From assembly GCA_951406725.2 (NCBI GenBank), contig OX597816.1, forward strand, positions 38,130,001 to 38,194,000: DNA of 64,000 bases, in the 5' to 3' direction. This DNA comes from Octopus vulgaris (taxonomy: Eukaryota). The notes beneath the pieces were generated by a model, which was not told the DNA's origin, made no database searches, and worked only from the letters and a program-made list of their open reading frames with translations. This document shows positions 57,629 through 64,000 of the stretch, in pieces (positions within the stretch are counted from its first letter, which is position 1; the number at the start of each line of letters is the position of its first letter). A program made the translations under genes and the position numbers.

Positions 57629-58341
57629 CACTGGCGAAAATAAATTTAAGACCGATGATAAAAGTTCTATTTCTTACAAAATATTGTTACTAGTCTTTTG
57701 CCGATCTTTATATTGACCAGTCTCCGAGTATAACTTCCACGCTTGCACGCAAGCCGGTTTACTGCACTTTAGTTGCTTGCTGATGTTCGAAAAGGAAACT
57801 TTTTGCTGTAATATACGATTTTTGCTCTCGTGACTGGACTAAGGCTACGTATTAATAAATTGTATAATAACATTAAATTATAACTTTATATGGTGCATTT
57901 AGGCTCGTTGTGTGACCATCCATTTTGGCCAAAAAAATTGCATACATATTACATGGTCTTAAACTAATTTTGCCGGTAAATTTGAAACGTTTATATTACG
58001 TTCTGAGTTCAAATTCCGCCGCGGTCGACTTTGCCTTTCATCCTTTCGGGGTCGATAAATTAAGTACCAGTTACGCACTGGGGTCGATGTAATCGACTTA
58101 ATCCGTTTGTCTGTCCTTGTTTGTCACCTCTATGTTTAGCCCCCTGTGGGCAGTAAAGAAATATATATTAATTTAGTATTAGAATTATTCAAGTTGTATA
58201 AAAATTGTATGCATCATTCGAAAGAGAAATAAATTTTGCATAAGGTGTAAAAGATATAAATAATTTGTATGGTGTTAGTAACAAAATATTTTTTAAGAAA
58301 TAGAACTTTTATCGTCGGTCTTAAATATATTTTCGCCGGTG
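57629..58341. mobile_element. Non-autonomous Tc1/mariner-type element with ~65-bp TIRs, containing a SINE
   Basis: cactggcgaaaataaatttaagaccgatgataaaagttctatttctta and its inverse ending tattttcgccggtg; TA flanks. Confidence 0.85.
57997..58163 (+). mobile_element. SINE family B, 5'-truncated, with Tx1-LINE-like tail
   Basis: gcctttcatcctttcggggtcgataaattaagtaccag core; ttgtcacctctatgtttagccccctgtgggcagtaaagaaat tail. Confidence 0.9.
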
Positions 58342-58349
58342 TATATATC

Positions 58350-60892
58350 TCAGGTCACCCCATAAGTTCTGTCCAAATTTTGGATAAAGAATCCAAGTGA
58401 TCAATTGTTATATTTAATTGAAAGTTAATCATAAATGTACTTTCCCTGATTATCTACGACTTACTTCCATCTATTTACAAGCTTTTTAATCCCATCAATG
58501 TAAAACTCTTTTGGTTTCAAAGCGAAGAACTCTGAAATGTCAGGTTCGACCTCCTCCTGGCTTGCGAAAGTTGTGTCCCCCTAATAATTCTGCAAACTAT
58601 GAAACAAATGGTATCCTGAAGGAGTATGGTCGGGAAAATAAGTTGGATGAAGAAATTTTTCCAAACCGACCTCTTCGATCTTCTGTGATGTGATCTTTGC
58701 ACTGTGGGGTTGCGCATTGTCCTGATGAAACATAACTCGTTTTCGACTCACTAAAGCGGTTCTTTTTTCCTTCAAAGATTGGTTCAAACGCTCTAATTGC
58801 TGACAGTAGACTTGAGCATTGATTGTTGCATTAGGTGGTAACAATATAAAGTGAATTACGCCTTTGCAATCGCACCAGATAGAGTAGAACCTCTTTCCCA
58901 TGAAGTTCCCTTCTCGGTTGTGGTTGAGCATTTTCCCTTTTACCAAGCCACTGTTTACGACGTTTAACATTTCGATAGAAAATCCATTTTTCGTCACAAG
59001 TCTATCGAAAAAGAGTGAAATGAGTTTGCGAGAATGGAGAGAAGAGCAGATGTCAACTCGGGATTTGCGGTTGCTTTCGGACAATACATGAGCCACCTAT
59101 TTTCCAAGTTTAGGAATCTTTCCACGTTGTTGAAGATGACGATGAACTGTTGTATGGCTTGAAGTAAGCTTTATTGCCAATTCTTCAACTGATAATGACG
59201 GATTTTCTTCAAGTAATGCCTCAAGGAGCTTATCATCAAACTCAACTGGACATCCTATTCGATCTTCATCTTCAATTTTGCAAACGATCTCCTGCAAGTT
59301 CTTTCATTCAAGCACTTTCCCATAAACTGAGTGTATGTTTTGAGTCACTTCGGCTGCAGAGTTACCTTTATTGTACTCATAAAGAATTATATGTGCCTTA
59401 AATGCTCCTTGGATACTTCCATGTTGAAAGGGTTTTAATCAAAGCAATTTTAGGGTGTCCACGAAGTCTGGGTACATGGAATAAAATCATAACATAAACA
59501 AATATCAGAAATAATAATTTTCCTTTTTTACTTTTGTTTAAATTAAATAAAAAAATACTTTACTTTTCTAAATTTATTTGTTATTTTTTCTACAGATGAT
59601 CGAATGATGGCTCTGTCTAAAGAAGAAAGAATCCCAGATCGAATGATGGATCTGTCTAAAGAAGAAATAATTGAGTTAGTATTATTAAGTAGACGAGAGG
59701 GATGGTTTTATCGCAAAATTGCCGAAGAATTTAATCTTCGATACCCTTATAGGTAACCTATTTTTTTTACTGCCGTCAGGAAATTGATCAAGAAATTTAA
59801 AGAAACAGGCAGTGTTTTGGATAAACCCCTTTCCGGACGACCAAAGACTTCAGATGAAACGAAAGAGGCTGTCATGGCTAAAGTTTCTGCTAGTCCAAAG
59901 AAATCGCTTCGTCGGACATACACGGTGTTAGATGTTCCAAAACCAACCATCCACAAAATGCTGGTTGAGGAAAAGTTTCATCGCTACAACCTACAGATAT
60001 TGCATCACTTAAATGAAGACGACCCTGATAGACGAATGTAGACGTGCGAATGGTTTTCAGATAAATTGGATGAAAATATCAATTTTACGTAAAACTTTGT
60101 TGTTCAGTGACAAAGCTACGTTTTATGTAAATGGTGAGGTCAACAGACGGAATCTTCTACACTGGTCTCGAGGTAATCCACATTGGATGGATCCATCCAA
60201 ACAGCAAGACAGCAAAAAGGTGATGGTGTGGTGTGGTTTGTGGAAATGTTCTAGGACCCTTCTTCATTGAACATGTAACGGATAAGACTTATGTAAACAT
60301 ATTGAGAGACAAATTAATATCTCAAATTGAGCGCCTAGGCGAGGGCCTTCCGAATTGGTTTCAGCTGTTAGAGATTGGCTTAATGAAACTTTTCTTCACT
60401 GGATTGGAAGAATGGCTCATATGGAAAGGTCCCCTCGTTCACCAGACCTTTCTCCCCTTGATTTCTTTTTCTGGGGTATGTTGAAAGAGAAAGATTACTA
60501 TAAAGATTACAGATTTAAAATATATGAGAGAACGCATTACCAGTCAGTGTGGTGAAATTGATGGCAATGTATACTTATTTAATCAAGTTCACCTGAATTT
60601 TGCAAGGCGCATCAAGTTATGCATTGGAAAATGATGGAAATCACTTTGAAAATATTATTTATTAACATTATAATAAAATTAAATTGGTTTGTTTTAAAAG
60701 TATGTGTTAATCCCCATGTACGCAGACTTTGTGGACACCTTCTATTATTTTGTAAAACAATATTGAATTAGTTTAAACGTACCCAAATGCATAAAAATAA
60801 TTTTAAATCGAATTAGACATTTGAAAATACTATTAAATTTCATTCAAATCTAAAAAGAAAGGTAAAATTGGACAGAACTGATTGGATGACTT
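58350..60892 (-). mobile_element. Mariner transposon (degenerate transposase ~58430-59422) split by a nested element
   Basis: TIRs tcaggtcaccccataagttctgtccaa / ttggacagaactgattggatgacttga; MEVSKEHLRHI, MFHQDNAQPH, YHLFHSLQN. Confidence 0.88.
59451..60743 (+). mobile_element. Nested Tc1/mariner-superfamily element (SPDLxPxD type, DD37D/DD41D-like), degenerate transposase ~59645-60660
   Basis: TIRs agggtgtccacgaagtctgggtacatgg / ccatgtacgcagactttgtggacacct; KKFKETGSVLDKPLSGRP, FSDKATF, RSPDLSPLDFFFWG. Confidence 0.87.
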
Positions 60893-61904
60893 GATATATA
60901 TAATCTATGATATTCTAGAAGGTTTCAAGTTTATAAAACCATGATATCTTATGTTATCTCATTTTATATGCCTAAGACGTTTATTTTCTATCCTGGTTTT
61001 TATATATTTCTATACATTATATTTGTATCTATAATTTATTTTAAGCCGAAACATAATACGATCTTTGTACAAACGAAAGAACAAGAATGTCCTCTGGAAC
61101 TTTTATCTTCCACCGGTGTTTGTAATCGATGGTGACATGTGTGATGATTTTGTGACTATCTTATATTTCAAAGAGAAATTGGAAGCTCCGAATGTAAGCC
61201 ACCACTTTATGCATAATACAATATTTATAGTTCTCTATTTCTAACTGAAATTCTGTCCTCAATAATTATAGATCTCTATTTCTAAATGTAATTCTTTTTC
61301 TTCTCGTTCAGTTTATAACTATAACACGCATTCTTGTCTGTCTCTTGACAAAGCATTTTTTCTCCAGCGTTCACCACTTCACCTCGTTAAGGTTAAACAG
61401 CCCTTACCGAATGTTTTCACTGTCCTGTTTTTGCTAGCAGCTTTGACGTTCCACGTATCTCAAATTTAATTTAATTTCCTTTGGGGGAGCAATTGCTTTG
61501 ACGAAGACGCATCTTGTTGCACTGCTCGCAATACGGAGTAGGTAAATCTGCCAACAATTGAGGAAGGGTTGTTTTTTATGCTGCCTTCGCGCTATAGTTC
61601 TCAATATATAATGGAAATTAACCCAACCCAACCCAACCCAATAGCGTCGACTGTGGCTGGTAGCTGTATACAGTCGCCCCAATGTCGCCCAGAGCGAGCT
61701 CTGGTCGCCATAGCGTCGACTGTGGACTGGTAGCTGTGTACAGCCGCTCTGGTCGCCATGTTACCACACAGTCACACAGTGGGACTGAACTGAGGACTAA
61801 GTGTTTTGGAACCAGGTTTGTTACCACTCCTATATATATATATATATGTATGTCAATAAAGAAATACATAATATATACACGTGCATTCGTGAGTGAGTGC
61901 GTAC

Positions 61905-61935
<31 letters not shown>

Positions 61936-61979
61936 CATCCATTTATACCATTTATATATCAACATATATTTATAATACA

Positions 61980-62196
61980 CGAGTGCGTGCTGAAAAGTTC
62001 CTGGCTTTGGGTAAAAGAAAATACAGGAGGATCAATTAATTATGATTTTATTCAACATATTCCCGTCTCAGCTTCACACACTTATTGTAGCGGTCCCTCA
62101 GTTTTTCTAAACCCTGTAAAAGAACTTGAAAGGTTGGGCCGCCAACAAGGACTTTAGTGATACCCTTAAAGCCAGGAACTTTTTAGTACCACCTCG
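61980..62196 (-). mobile_element. Mariner-derived MITE (family of 43160)
   Basis: TIRs tgaaaagttcctggcttt / aaagccaggaactttttagtaccacctcg. Confidence 0.85.
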
Positions 62197-62267
62197 TATG
62201 TATGTATGTATGTATGTATGTATGTATGTATGTATGTATGTATGTATTAATATAAGTAGGTTTTATA

Positions 62268-62482
62268 AGGCGGCGAGCTTGTAGAATCGTTAGCAAGCCG
62301 GGTAAAATGCTTAGCCGCATTACGTCCGACTTTACGTTCTGAGTTCAAACGCAGCCGGGATCAACTTTGTCCTTCTTCCTTTCGGGGTCGATAAAATAAG
62401 TACCAGTTGAACACTGGAGTGGATGTAATCGACTTATTTCATCATCCGTAATTACTGACCTTGTGCCAAAATTTGAAATCAA
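62268..62482 (+). mobile_element. SINE family B (alternative tail ccttgtgccaaaatttgaaa)
   Basis: ggcggcgagcttgtagaatcgttagc head; cctttcggggtcgataaaataagtaccag core. Confidence 0.85.
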
Positions 62483-62518
62483 TATAAGTAGAAGGTTTAA
62501 TAAAACCTACTCTTATTA

Positions 62519-62549
<31 letters not shown>

Positions 62550-63282
62550 GTGTGTGTGTATTCTAATATGAGGTAATATTATTCCAAACTTACAGGGAAA
62601 AATTCAATTTGGAAATACTAAATCAATTTTTTTTTCTAATTTATATATATATATATATATATATCTCTCTCTCCTGCGACCTGCTGCTTCTTAAACCATT
62701 CTGTTGGCCTTCGTATCTCGACCAACATGTGTCCCCGCTACCGAAACGGTAATTATTTCTACGCCAGCTATGTTGTTGTTGTGTTTTTGTCTCATTTGGT
62801 CTAAAGTCGTATGACAACCACCGTTATATATATTTTGTTTATTCATTACTGTTTTCAATTTCGTTTTCGTCTCTTGTATTCACATCCGTCTTGTGCGTTC
62901 ACATTCCTGTCTTCTACCAAGAAATCTAATGCTTACAGCTTAGTTTTTTTCTTGGGGCTGGCCGAGTTGGAGCAAATATCAGAATTGAACAGCCGAAATT
63001 TGCTATGATGATTCGGTGTCTGACTGAAGATTGAAGGCTTCGAATGATTTGTCTGTGTTCCGTGTTCGTCCCTTCCTGTATTTCACGTTCATTATATATA
63101 AAAACATTCATTCTTATATATATATATATATATATATAAAGCAATTAAGATTCAAGTAACTTCCAATGAATTTACTTGAATGTGGTACTTAACTTAGATG
63201 CACCAGAAAAACTATATGGTGTTATCCATACAGTAATGTGGGGTGATTATAAACGAGAAAGAAGCAACAAGAATGGATTAGT

Positions 63283-63373
63283 TTTTAGTACAATTGTTTC
63301 ATACAAAGACAGGCTTTATTACAAGTTGCAAAAATTGCAGCAGATAAAAGTGTCCCGTACTCATCAGCTAAAA
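63283..63373 (-). ncRNA. Type I hammerhead ribozyme with intact core
   Basis: Minus strand: ttttag-CTGATGA-gtacgggac...gtctttgtat-GAAA-caattg-TA-ctaaaa; 6-bp stem I, long stem II, palindromic stem III, GUA cleavage triplet. Confidence 0.75.
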
Positions 63374-63486
63374 TACATTTGAGTTCTCTAGACATCTTAG
63401 TGGGTGAGGTTATACTCATGAAATATTGGAGATAGTTCCATTAGAGGCAGATATAGGTTGTAAGCAGATTTCCAAAGTTCCTTAAT

Positions 63487-63692
63487 GATGATGCACAGTC
63501 TTATCACAGATTTAAAAACTTATTAGTTTCGAAGAGAAGATGAATCAATCCATAGTGTAGATTTAAATTTCCAGAGATATGAGGAGGATGATGCACAGAC
63601 TTATCACAGGTTTTTAAAGACTTATTAGCTTCACAGAAAAGGTGAATTAATCCATAGTGAAGATTTACATTTCCAGTGGTAAGATGAGGAAT
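63487..63692. repeat. Two diverged ~100-bp tandem units
   Basis: gatgatgcacag.cttatcacag...aatccatagtg.agattta.atttccag...atgagga occurs twice. Confidence 0.85.
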
Positions 63693-63822
63693 TTCATACT
63701 CACAGACGATGTATTTAACCATTATTAATCCACAATCATTTCATGTTTATATATATATATAAGAAATGAAGAATGAACAGGTAAGGCATATGATATCCCT
63801 TAAAGCATGATATCACTTCATT

Positions 63823-63865
<43 letters not shown>

Positions 63866-64000
63866 ATCAAAATTAGAAAAAAAAATTGATTTAGTATTTC
63901 CAAATTGAATTTTTCCCTGTAAGTTTGGAATAATATTACCTCATACTAGAATACACACACACATGTATGTATGTATGTATGTATGTATGTATGTATGTAT

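Larger units (their letters stand above)
62520..64000. repeat. Inverted repeat pair of ~130 bp (~62520-62660 and ~63855-64000)
   Basis: atgaggtaatattattccaaacttacagggaaaaattcaatttggaaatactaaatcaattttt and its reverse complement. Confidence 0.92.

Overview
Gene-poor, AT-rich animal (metazoan) DNA made almost entirely of microsatellites and transposable elements. The SINE repertoire and (CATA)n/(TA)n load look like an octopus/coleoid cephalopod genome (recognition, not proven). No host protein-coding gene is identifiable, and most short ORFs in the track are microsatellite artefacts. Contents: Tc1/mariner transposons (some nested), MITEs, two non-autonomous Helitrons, a decayed RTE LINE, CR1/L2-group and RLE (R4/Dong-like) LINE fragments, a Penelope GIY-YIG remnant, hammerhead-ribozyme motifs, and many copies of three tRNA-like SINE families. 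The standout is 49687-56616: an ORF1-only 'half' retrotransposon followed head-to-tail by a near-intact Tx1/L1-clade LINE. The two have highly divergent ORF1s but an identical 48-nt 3' tail, and the same 13-bp sequence occurs three times, flanking and separating them. A local Nin/Deu-domain SINE carries nearly the same tail. Together this suggests a three-member, probably site-specific, retrotransposon system.
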